In this document: in pieces, positions 19,500 to 28,169 of the stretch | Layout of the letters: every line of letters begins with the position of its first letter | Numbering within the stretch: position 1 is the stretch's first letter | Origin: a virus | Taxonomy: Duplodnaviria > Caudoviricetes | Strand: one strand, 5' to 3' | Virus record (IMG/VR): IMGVR_UViG_3300034407_003088 | Coordinates: 1-64,000 of that record | Length of the DNA: 64,000 nucleotides | Made by a program: the position numbers and the translations under genes | Notes under the pieces: model-generated | Seen by the model: the letters and a program-made list of their open reading frames with translations, nothing else | Told to the model about the DNA's origin: nothing | The model's database searches: none

Positions 19500-19986
19500 T
19501 TAATATTGGATTGTCTATTGGCCAATTTATTTTTAACATTGGGTCATTCCATCTGACTGATGTTTGTTCTTCCCAATCTACATAATCGTCAGGATAGGAT
19601 TGAGTATAATGAAATACACATTCATCTGATAAACACAGATGTCCATTTAGAAAACCTGGTGGAACCAATACACTTTTACAATTTTTGTCATCTAATGTAA
19701 AACTATCCCACTCCAAATAAGTTGGACTATCTTCACGATAATCAACAACTACTAAATAAAATGCACCATAAACACAAGTGATATGTTTCCAAGTTACATC
19801 ATCTCCATGTAAACCACGAAGTACATTTTTTCTTGAGTTTGTAAATTTAGAGATTTTGTGTTTGGGTGTGTCCCAAGGCCATTCCCAATTTGTCCACATT
19901 GTTCCACGATAATCTGTTTGTGTTTCTGGTTGAAATATCTTAATATCTTTTAAGATTTCACTTCTCCATGATGAATAATTAAACAT
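19468..19986 (-). CDS. rfbC: dTDP-4-dehydrorhamnose 3,5-epimerase family cupin
   Basis: DYRG, SRKNVLRGLHG, VVVDYREDSPTYLEW, VLVPPGFLNGH, RWNDP..INWP...ILSERD. Confidence 0.9.
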   Translation of the reverse strand: MFNYSSWRSEILKDIKIFQPETQTDYRGTMWTNWEWPWDTPKHKISKFTNSRKNVLRGLHGDDVTWKHITCVYGAFYLVVVDYREDSPTYLEWDSFTLDDKNCKSVLVPPGFLNGHLCLSDECVFHYTQSYPDDYVDWEEQTSVRWNDPMLKINWPIDNPILSERDKNGTDT

Positions 19987-20951
19987 TATAATGATGCTCC
20001 ATAACTTAATGGAAACGCATTTCTATAGTGTGAACTTTCATGTGGAACAATCATTTGATATGCCTTTATCAATTCTTCTATCCCATTGTCTAAACTAAAG
20101 TTTGGTTTCCATCCTGTTGATTCTATTTTTTTATTACTTACTATGTAATCTCTTTTATCAGGGTCTACAAAATAATCTGAATAGGTTACCGAAGTATCAG
20201 GAATATATTTTTGTATTCTCTCTACTAATTGTTTCTTATTTATATTTGTATCTGATAATCCTACATTGAATATCTCGTTTTGATATTCATTATATTTTAA
20301 TGTCATATAACTAAATACTGATGCCACATCTTGAATATGAACAAAATTACGAACAAATTCTTTTTCAAATATAGTAATATATTTATCGGTCAATAATTTA
20401 TAAACAAACTCATTAACTAATAAATCTAATCTCATACGACTTGACACACCAAATACGGTTGCCAATCTAAAAGTTATTCCATTACTATTGTTCTTTATAT
20501 AATCTTCTGAATTACACTTTGTAATACCATAATGACTGATTGGTGTTAGTGAATTTGTCTCATCTACTTCACCTTTATTTGTTCTACTACCATAACCACT
20601 ATTAGTATTTGGATAGAGTATTTGTTGATTTGGTGATAAATTATCTACGATATTTTTGATTTGATTAAAATTGACATCGGTTGCAAGTTGTTTGTCCTTT
20701 TCACAACTTGGAAAACCGACAAGAGCGGCAAGTGGAATAATAACATCATGTGTTTTTACTTGTTCAAGTAATAAGTTTTTGTCACGAACATCACCATAGA
20801 TAAAATTAAAACCTGGTTTACCAAATAAATCTAATAATGATGTTTGATTATACATCAAATTATCAATCACGGTAACCTCGTGATGTAACATTAGTTGTCT
20901 TGTGATAACTGAACCTAAATATCCAGCTCCACCTGTTATTAATATTCGCAT
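19986..20951 (-). CDS. NAD-dependent NDP-sugar epimerase/dehydratase (extended SDR)
   Basis: MRILITGGAGYLGS, LAALVG, HYGITK (YxxxK), FRLATVFGVS.RMRLDLLVN. Start ATG at 20951 follows GGAGG; the track start at 20978 lies inside the terminator. Confidence 0.9.
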   Translation of the reverse strand: MRILITGGAGYLGSVITRQLMLHHEVTVIDNLMYNQTSLLDLFGKPGFNFIYGDVRDKNLLLEQVKTHDVIIPLAALVGFPSCEKDKQLATDVNFNQIKNIVDNLSPNQQILYPNTNSGYGSRTNKGEVDETNSLTPISHYGITKCNSEDYIKNNSNGITFRLATVFGVSSRMRLDLLVNEFVYKLLTDKYITIFEKEFVRNFVHIQDVASVFSYMTLKYNEYQNEIFNVGLSDTNINKKQLVERIQKYIPDTSVTYSDYFVDPDKRDYIVSNKKIESTGWKPNFSLDNGIEELIKAYQMIVPHESSHYRNAFPLSYGASL

Positions 20952-20976
20952 AAAAAAGCCTCCAATAAATAGAGGC
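20952..20976 (-). terminator. Intrinsic terminator hairpin containing the epimerase RBS
   Basis: GCCTCTA-TTTAT-TGGAGGC followed by TTTTTT, then directly ATG. Confidence 0.7.
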
Positions 20977-21070
20977 ATCTATAATAGTAAAACTATTTAA
21001 ATGCCACCCTTGTTTTATAGTCTAAAGTAGTGGGTTAGGACTTTCTCCGAAGAGTGTTAGCACTACCTGA
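20952..21070 (-). ncRNA. Putative cis-regulatory 5' leader RNA (riboswitch/attenuator-like)
   Basis: GTAGTG/CACTAC stem enclosing CTC-TTCG-GAG, then a GGCAT..ATGCC hairpin that overlaps the terminator 5' arm; downstream of a TACTTATA motif. Confidence 0.5.
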
Positions 21071-21076
21071 CTTATA

Positions 21077-21084
21077 TATAAGTA
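21077..21084 (-). promoter_or_regulatory. TACTTATA variant of the putative promoter motif
   Basis: Immediately after the sulfotransferase stop codon and just upstream of the structured leader. Confidence 0.5.
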
Positions 21085-21870
21085 TTAGTAATCATTAAAA
21101 TTATCACTATATTTTAATAACTCAAAATCTTTTTTACACAACCTACTAACTATTTCTATTGTGTTATCATTATAGTAATCTTTCCAACTTGGTAAATATT
21201 TTTGTGATGGATTTTTAGATTCTTCTAATGTTCTACCATCATATAAATTATAATCTTTGAGTGGCAAATGTCCTTCATCGTTAAAAATTTTATTAAAGGT
21301 TTCTGATTCATGAACTTTTGATAATTTTATAAGTTCAAATTCATCTGTGGGCATGTTACTAAATTCATTCCACATTGGATGTGCATGACTATCATGTATT
21401 TCACCTTTATCAAATCTTATACACCATTCTTCAAAACTTTCTTGCCAATCTTGTTGAGTCATATCTTCTAAAGTAGTCTTGAGTTTTATAGGTTTATATG
21501 TACTATAATCATCAATGACATCATATAAATAGAATATTTCACCATCATTGTTATGTCTATGTTGTTCACTAATTTTTTGACCAAATGTCCAACAAGATAA
21601 AAATCGTTCATATGGATTTCTTGTGATACATATTTTGTGTAGATTATTCCATACCTCTTTATCTATAGAGTTATACACCCAAGAAGTCCTTAATGGATGA
21701 CCTTCTATTTCTAAATGTGTATCAACATAAGACCATTTTATACAATCTCCGATATAAGTAGAACCTGCTTTATTACCAACTATAATTACTGAATTTAATA
21801 TTGAATCTGTTTCTTGTAGATTATTATGGGTGTCCATATAAAATCTTTGTTTTAGTGTTAAATAAATCAT
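21085..21870 (-). CDS. Sulfotransferase (Sulfotransfer_2-like)
   Basis: NKAGST PAPS loop, ITRNPYERFLS, WKDYY....E.V..L.K.DF..L.Y. Confidence 0.85.
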   Translation of the reverse strand: MIYLTLKQRFYMDTHNNLQETDSILNSVIIVGNKAGSTYIGDCIKWSYVDTHLEIEGHPLRTSWVYNSIDKEVWNNLHKICITRNPYERFLSCWTFGQKISEQHRHNNDGEIFYLYDVIDDYSTYKPIKLKTTLEDMTQQDWQESFEEWCIRFDKGEIHDSHAHPMWNEFSNMPTDEFELIKLSKVHESETFNKIFNDEGHLPLKDYNLYDGRTLEESKNPSQKYLPSWKDYYNDNTIEIVSRLCKKDFELLKYSDNFNDY

Positions 21871-21871
21871 A

Positions 21872-23353
21872 TTAAAATACCTTTACATTATATTTTTTTT
21901 CAAATAAAACTCCATCTTGATAGGAATTTACAATTGGTTGACCTTTGATGTTTAATGATGTATTCAATACCATTGGACAACCTGTCTCTTGATAAAATTT
22001 TTTTATCAAATTGTAATAACCGATGTTATCTTCTTTACTTACGGTTTGAACTCTTGATGTTCCATCCACATGACATATCGCAGGATACTTATCAGGATAC
22101 TTACACTTTGCAACATACTGCATAAACTGAGATTTCTTTGTAGGCATTTCAAATATCTCGTGTGCATGTTCCTCTAATACACTTGGTGCAAATGGTCTGA
22201 ACTTCTGTCTGTTTTTAATCTCGTTCATTTGGTCTTTTATATTTGTCCCTCGTGGGTCTGCCAATAAACTACGATTACCCAATGCTCTTGGCCCAAACTC
22301 TGCTCTACCATTTGCAACACCAACTATGTTACCCTTTAGTAACTCACCCATTACCTCTTTTATTGGATACTCTCCCTTGATATTATATCCAAGAAAACAA
22401 TTATTAAAATTTATATGTTCACCTAAGATTGAAGATGCACACCCTAATGAACTACCACCATCACCAGGATTAGGTAATATCCAAAGATTAGGATACTTCT
22501 CAACAATCAAACTATTTGCCACACAATTCAATGCAACTCCACCACCATAACAATAGTTATCAGTTTCAGGAACTACTTCTTTTGCCTTTTCAAATATTTT
22601 TAGGATTTCCTCTTCACATATCGCCTGAACATTTGCCGCGATAGTGAACTTCCATTCATCTGAACCATCGTCTGGATAATAAACACTATCCCAACCTAAA
22701 CAACCTCTATGTAGATTTTCTTTTAATTTTAAGTCAAGTCCTTTAACAAAGAAATCATCATACAACTCACTCATTATATTTCTATCTAACTTACCCCATG
22801 CAGCCATTCCCATAAGAATGTATTCATCTTCTTGTGGTTTCAATCCTAATCGTTGTGTCATGGCACTATACCAAAGACCAAGTGAGTTTGGATAATTTAC
22901 AGAATATCTTTTCTCAAAGTGTGAACCCCATGCATACCAAATTGTTAAAGTTTCCCATTCACCAATGGCATCAATAGTAATAATACATGCCTCATCATAT
23001 GGACTTGAGTAGTAACTTGCAGCTGCATGACTTTCGTGGTGTCCAACATAATGGTCAATCTTATCAATACCAAATTGTTTCAGATATTGTGATGGTAAGT
23101 TTCCACTTTGAAATACTTCACCATATTGTCCTGCCCACAATTGTCTTGATTTCTTTAACCAAGGTTTTTCAAACCAAACAACCTTATCCCACTTACCATA
23201 TCTTTTGGCATCAGAAATCATCTCTTGAGTTAATAAGTGGTCATTTTTTATACCACTATATCTTTCCGAGTGTCCTGCAAACAATATCTCCTTACCATCA
23301 AGTAAAGTGATACATGCGTCATGGTTCAGTGCGTTAATTCCTAATATCTTCAT
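21872..23353 (-). CDS. Carbamoyltransferase (NodU/CmcH family)
   Basis: LGINALNHDAC, HHESHAAAS, IDAIGE, GGGVALNCVAN, PNPGDGG, RAEFGPRALGNRS, FRPFAP, HVDGTSRVQTV, LNTSLN. Confidence 0.95.
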   Translation of the reverse strand: MKILGINALNHDACITLLDGKEILFAGHSERYSGIKNDHLLTQEMISDAKRYGKWDKVVWFEKPWLKKSRQLWAGQYGEVFQSGNLPSQYLKQFGIDKIDHYVGHHESHAAASYYSSPYDEACIITIDAIGEWETLTIWYAWGSHFEKRYSVNYPNSLGLWYSAMTQRLGLKPQEDEYILMGMAAWGKLDRNIMSELYDDFFVKGLDLKLKENLHRGCLGWDSVYYPDDGSDEWKFTIAANVQAICEEEILKIFEKAKEVVPETDNYCYGGGVALNCVANSLIVEKYPNLWILPNPGDGGSSLGCASSILGEHINFNNCFLGYNIKGEYPIKEVMGELLKGNIVGVANGRAEFGPRALGNRSLLADPRGTNIKDQMNEIKNRQKFRPFAPSVLEEHAHEIFEMPTKKSQFMQYVAKCKYPDKYPAICHVDGTSRVQTVSKEDNIGYYNLIKKFYQETGCPMVLNTSLNIKGQPIVNSYQDGVLFEKKYNVKVF

Positions 23354-23454
23354 TTATAAATAAACGGGTCTCTTTTTTTAATCTCACGAAGTCTCTTTTT
23401 AAAAAGATACCATCTTTTAATTTTATTGTAATATTTTTTTAATAACTTTATCAT
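23350..23454 (-). CDS. 34-aa basic microprotein (MIKLLKKYYNKIKRWYLFKKRLREIKKRDPFIYK)
   Basis: Manual translation; fills the gap exactly with ATGA overlaps at both ends. Confidence 0.75.
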   Translation of the reverse strand: MIKLLKKYYNKIKRWYLFKKRLREIKKRDPFIYK

Positions 23455-24905
23455 ATAACATCACCTTTTTTAATTTTAGAACACTCGTCCCAAAATTGTT
23501 TTAATTCAGGAAACACTCCTAATATATTAGTGTTTCTTCTTTTATCATGATTAGTAAAAAACTTATAAAAGTCATATCTGTTTCTGTTTAGTGTTTTTTC
23601 AGGTATATCTGATTTTGACCAATCATAAATTCTTTGTAGTTTTTCCATTTCCATGTGTGAAAACACATCATCAGGCTTGTCTTCAAAACCTTTTTTGTGA
23701 ATCTCTCTCATCAATTCAACTTGTTTTTTTATCAACTCTTTAAATTCATCTGATAGTATTTGTACACTTTGATGAGATGGATGTCTTAAATACGAGATAT
23801 CTGCAACTACCGCATTAGGTGTATATCTATCTTTTGAATTAAACTTGTCTTTTAATAAATAGAGTTGTTCAATGAATATATCAAAATTAAATACACTAAG
23901 TGCATTATAAGTTACCATAAAAGTTAATGATGGTTTTTTCAACTCGGTTAAAGTTCTCTCACAATTTTTCCAAAACTTTCTATAATTTAATCCATGTCTA
24001 ATGTACTCTGCTTTCTTTCCCCAACCATCAATACTTGTGAATATTTGAAAATCTTTTACTAATCCCTTTTCTGTAATAATCTTAACTTTCTCAATAAACT
24101 TATCCATCAATTCATCTGGTGCACCCATATTAGTATTTACTGATAACACAAGATTCTTATTTGGTTTATCAGTTTCTATAATGTAATCTAATACTTTAAA
24201 TGTATCTCTTGATAACAATGGTTCTCCACCTGTAATTCTGAATGTGTGTAAATCTTGATAAAGGTCTGGCCACCATTTCCAAAATGCCTCTACATAAGGA
24301 TTTGGTTCATCCTTTGGAATTGGTAACAAGTCCATTTCTTTTAGTCCACCCAATGAATTAAATTTAGTAGTAGTTGGATAACCACCATGTTTTTTTACCT
24401 CTTGCATCCATTGTGTTGAAATGTGTGGTGCACAATAACTACATTTAAAATTACATGCACTTGAAAATACAACTTCTACATATGTTGGATTTACATTTTC
24501 TCTCCAATCAAGTAAATAGTTTTTACCATCTTTCTTATGTTGAAGTTTATTCCAAAATGGTTTTGCCCATGGTTCATTACTTTTTAATATTCTATCACTA
24601 AATACATCACTATTGTCTTCTACATTCCAACAATAATCACATTCGGATGGTCTTTGGTCGGTTAACATTTCTTTACGAGCATGTTTTTTATACCAAGTAT
24701 TGTGTAGTGCACTTGGATTCTTTTTAATTTCTTCCAAAGGTATTTTATGTGTTCTTGGATGATGACATGAATGTGTATGTCCATTTTGTAGATGAATAGT
24801 AACTTGCATCCATTTTGCAACACACATTCCACAACCAACCGAATCTAATCTCCCTTTGGTTTTATTTAACTCATGGATATCTTTCTGTGCTTGTGTTATT
24901 GCCAT
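23451..24905 (-). CDS. N-terminal twitch-domain radical SAM protein (copy 1)
   Basis: CVAKW....L..G.THSCHHP, RPSECDYCW twitch/SPASM-like Cys set; FSSACNFKCSYC; ITGGEPLL; VNTN; SIDG; RHG. Confidence 0.88.
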   Translation of the reverse strand: MAITQAQKDIHELNKTKGRLDSVGCGMCVAKWMQVTIHLQNGHTHSCHHPRTHKIPLEEIKKNPSALHNTWYKKHARKEMLTDQRPSECDYCWNVEDNSDVFSDRILKSNEPWAKPFWNKLQHKKDGKNYLLDWRENVNPTYVEVVFSSACNFKCSYCAPHISTQWMQEVKKHGGYPTTTKFNSLGGLKEMDLLPIPKDEPNPYVEAFWKWWPDLYQDLHTFRITGGEPLLSRDTFKVLDYIIETDKPNKNLVLSVNTNMGAPDELMDKFIEKVKIITEKGLVKDFQIFTSIDGWGKKAEYIRHGLNYRKFWKNCERTLTELKKPSLTFMVTYNALSVFNFDIFIEQLYLLKDKFNSKDRYTPNAVVADISYLRHPSHQSVQILSDEFKELIKKQVELMREIHKKGFEDKPDDVFSHMEMEKLQRIYDWSKSDIPEKTLNRNRYDFYKFFTNHDKRRNTNILGVFPELKQFWDECSKIKKGDVI

Positions 24906-26401
24906 TCTGGTATATTATCGTGTTTACATTTAAAATTAATAAAGTCATGACGACCCAATTTCTCTACTGAATCTACTTCATATTTTAAATCAGTTAATCC
25001 ATCTTTTTTTGTATCCCAAAGTCCATATTGAACTTCTGTAAAAAATCTTTTTTCATTTCTACTTGTATCTTCTTGAAACACAAACCTATTATTTACTATT
25101 CCATTAATTGGATGTTTCAAAGATTTGTATTTACCATTTCTACGATGTGGTACAATAGTATGAGATATATCATCTAAATTTTCTGTAGTGACTTCACACC
25201 CATGATTTATACCATGATTGTTATTACCACTAATATCATAAACATATTTTTCATCTACATTAGAAAACTCATAATGTAATACACACCCATCATAATCATT
25301 ACAATTAGTAATATCATTATTATAAAAATCTTTTATCTCACTATCATCAAGTACACGATTCCACATACCAACTTGTGCAACTTTACCATAGAAAAAATTA
25401 CTTGGACTGACCTCATTTGGATTTTTGACACCCAAGTAATATGGTACTCCACCATATCGTTTTGCATTACCACCCATAATTAGTGGTGATTCTACACCAT
25501 GACCAAATCGTGCATCACTTTCTTCACCATTTAAATAAAATCTTAAGGAATTATTTTCTGAATCATGTGTAATCATCAAATGACTCCATATATCAGGATT
25601 CCTTTTCAACCACATATAATTGTGATTATTTTTAAAATCATACATTGAGAAAGAAAAGGCTCTTGAGTTATCATATGCAAACCCCATTTGATATCCTGAC
25701 CTACCAAGTATGTAATTATGAATATATTTTCTATTTTGTAGGTCACCTATTAAATACATTGGAACATCAAAGTTATCATATGGATTTACCAATATACTCC
25801 AAGTAAAACTATTATTAGTTAAATCTCTTAATGTTTCAGATGGTGGTATCTCCACATATGAACCTAACCCATCAAATTGAATTGAGTTAATCATCGTGTT
25901 ACTTTTTGGTAATTTATTATCAATAACATAATTTTCTTGTTGACATCTCCACAACAAGTCATCATCTTCCATACCCCAATTCCAATAATCATTAGAGTAC
26001 CCATTGATGTTTTCAAATTGTTCTTTTGTAAACAAAATAGCACCACCGAAATATTGTATTGATGGTAACATATAATCAAATTGACTTATATGAACTGCAA
26101 GATGTTGTGGATTGTCTGTAGGATAACTATAATCACAAGTCTCATCTTCTGGTACCATATCAATATCATGAAAACAAAAATAATCAAATCCTTCTTTTAA
26201 TGCCTCATTAAAGGCGATGTTCTTTGCAGTTCCACGATTAAATCTCAAAACCGTATCTGGTTCTATTTGATTTGCTACAAAAATCTTAAACTCTATATCA
26301 GGATGATATTTTTTCATAAAGTCTTCCATATGTGGAATGAAAATATCTAAATGTTCTTTTCTTCTATAATGTGGAACACATATTGCTAATTTTTTACTCA
26401 T
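24896..26401 (-). CDS. GT7 (beta-1,4-galactosyltransferase-like) with inserted LamG/ConA-like domain (copy 1)
   Basis: ICVPHYRR.EHL, FNRG..KN, FHDIDM, YFGGA, NGYSNDYWNWGMEDDDL, then LamG (FFYGKVAQVGMWNRVL), then GKYKSLKH...DGL..LKY. Confidence 0.88.
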   Translation of the reverse strand: MSKKLAICVPHYRRKEHLDIFIPHMEDFMKKYHPDIEFKIFVANQIEPDTVLRFNRGTAKNIAFNEALKEGFDYFCFHDIDMVPEDETCDYSYPTDNPQHLAVHISQFDYMLPSIQYFGGAILFTKEQFENINGYSNDYWNWGMEDDDLLWRCQQENYVIDNKLPKSNTMINSIQFDGLGSYVEIPPSETLRDLTNNSFTWSILVNPYDNFDVPMYLIGDLQNRKYIHNYILGRSGYQMGFAYDNSRAFSFSMYDFKNNHNYMWLKRNPDIWSHLMITHDSENNSLRFYLNGEESDARFGHGVESPLIMGGNAKRYGGVPYYLGVKNPNEVSPSNFFYGKVAQVGMWNRVLDDSEIKDFYNNDITNCNDYDGCVLHYEFSNVDEKYVYDISGNNNHGINHGCEVTTENLDDISHTIVPHRRNGKYKSLKHPINGIVNNRFVFQEDTSRNEKRFFTEVQYGLWDTKKDGLTDLKYEVDSVEKLGRHDFINFKCKHDNIPEWQ

Positions 26402-27848
26402 TATCTATACTCACGAAGTTAATTTTTGCTTGACTTTCTTGTGATTTTATTGTATATTTTAAAGTGGATAATCCATCTTCTTTATAATCATCCATACCTG
26501 TTCTAACAAAATTAAAATATCGTATCTGATTATCTCTTGAACGCCAATCTTTAAATTTGGTTTTTGACCAACCATTCTCTTTATGGTCTAAACAGGTAAA
26601 TTTTCCATTTCTTCTTGTTGGTAATGACTTTGTTTCACCTATCACAAGTTCTTGTTTTTTTCTAATTCCACCAACTATTTCACCATTATGATTATACTTT
26701 GTTTTATCCATAACTCTTTCATTATCTATATTTTCAAAATCATATGCACAAAATAAATCATCAACAAATGAATATTCATTTTTTGGTTTAGTAACATCCC
26801 AAGGAACACCATCATTAAATAATTGTCTAACTGCTCTTCTGTCTACGGTTCTTCTCCACATACTAAATTGTGCAATGTTACCTTCAAACCAATTATTATC
26901 TCGTATTGATGTTGAGTCTACACATCCTAAGAAAAACTTATCACCTTTTATTTCTCTTAGATTACCAAAGTAAGATGTAGGTGAGTTTTGAACCTCTTCT
27001 CCATTAATATACATTTGTAATGTTTTTGTTGGTGCATCAACACAAACTACAATATGATTCCATTGTTCTGACATCTTATGACTAACCACCATATACTCAT
27101 CATGATTCATATTCCACACACCATATTTATATTGTTGTGCACTTGTCCAACATAATCCTGTATGATATCCTGGTTGTGCAAGTATATGAAATTCATCATA
27201 ATGTTTTTGATTATCAATCGTTAATAAGTCTGATGGTTGTACCCAAACTTCAAATGAATACGAACCTCTTGTTAGAATTTTTTGCCACAATGGTGAAATA
27301 GTTATATCTATATAATCACCCTTTTTAAAACTCATTGACCTAACAAAAGGATTTGTTAAATGTTGAGTAGATACAATATCTTCCTCTAAAGGTAGACCTG
27401 TAGTTCTACATCTATATAACAAATCATCATCTTCAAATCCCCATCCCCAATATTCATTTGAGTATCCATTAATTAATTCAAAATGTTGAATAGGAAACAA
27501 GGTTACCCCACCAAAGTATTCAGGATATGGTAATTTATATTTGTTGTTTGATAGTCGTGTTGATAATTGAGTTGGTCTATCTACCCATGAATAGTCACAT
27601 GAATTATCTTCAGGTAACATATCCACATCGTGAAAGCACACATAATCACACTTGGCGTTTTTTGCCAGTGTGAATCCTATATTACATAACCATCCACGAT
27701 TAAAAGGTAATTCATTATCTTGATTTACAACAAATACTTCATAATCATCAATAGAAGTTTTTTCAAGATGAGATTCTATCTCTGGTATAAATCTTGATAA
27801 ATGTTCTTCTCTATCTCGGTATGGTACAATTATACCAAGTTTTGCCAC
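26394..27848 (-). CDS. GT7 with inserted LamG/ConA-like domain (copy 2)
   Basis: IIVPYRDREEHL, FNRGWLCNIG, FHDVDMLP, YFGGV, YWGWGFEDDDL, LamG (WNHIVV, FEGNIAQFSMW), GKFTCLDH, DGLSTLKY. Confidence 0.9.
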   Translation of the reverse strand: MAKLGIIVPYRDREEHLSRFIPEIESHLEKTSIDDYEVFVVNQDNELPFNRGWLCNIGFTLAKNAKCDYVCFHDVDMLPEDNSCDYSWVDRPTQLSTRLSNNKYKLPYPEYFGGVTLFPIQHFELINGYSNEYWGWGFEDDDLLYRCRTTGLPLEEDIVSTQHLTNPFVRSMSFKKGDYIDITISPLWQKILTRGSYSFEVWVQPSDLLTIDNQKHYDEFHILAQPGYHTGLCWTSAQQYKYGVWNMNHDEYMVVSHKMSEQWNHIVVCVDAPTKTLQMYINGEEVQNSPTSYFGNLREIKGDKFFLGCVDSTSIRDNNWFEGNIAQFSMWRRTVDRRAVRQLFNDGVPWDVTKPKNEYSFVDDLFCAYDFENIDNERVMDKTKYNHNGEIVGGIRKKQELVIGETKSLPTRRNGKFTCLDHKENGWSKTKFKDWRSRDNQIRYFNFVRTGMDDYKEDGLSTLKYTIKSQESQAKINFVSIDNE

Positions 27849-28159
27849 TATTTTTTACTACCAAATATACTTTTTAGTACACCACCATCGTTTTGTGATT
27901 GTTGAACAGATGGTTGTTGTGTCTGTACAGGTGGTTGTTGACCAACAGGTCGTTGAACTGGTTGGTTTGGTTGTGTAGATGAGTTTAATCCCATTTGATA
28001 CATTTCCCATAACTTCCAATCAATAGCTTCCAACTTTTCTTCTATACTTGTCAATGCCTTTAACAAAAGTGCAAAATTATCACTACCTGTTAATCCACTA
28101 TCAAGTGCATCTCTTGCATCTTTGATATCAGTATTTTCTGTTTTCTTCTTTGTTGCCAT
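27848..28159 (-). CDS. Hypothetical protein with Q/P-rich tail
   Basis: 103-aa ORF with an AGGAG RBS, IDWKLWE helix and QPVQ repeats. Confidence 0.7.
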   Translation of the reverse strand: MATKKKTENTDIKDARDALDSGLTGSDNFALLLKALTSIEEKLEAIDWKLWEMYQMGLNSSTQPNQPVQRPVGQQPPVQTQQPSVQQSQNDGGVLKSIFGSKK

Positions 28160-28169
28160 GTTTATCTCC

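Noticed and set aside
20952-20978. Track start MPLFIGGFF for the epimerase
   Set aside because: This ATG lies inside the terminator hairpin; the Rossmann motif starts right after ATG 20951, which has GGAGG at correct spacing.
23355-23362. TATTTATA just before the carbamoyltransferase ATG as a promoter
   Set aside because: It encodes the F-I-Y-K end of the 34-aa ORF, so it is explained by coding sequence and was not counted.
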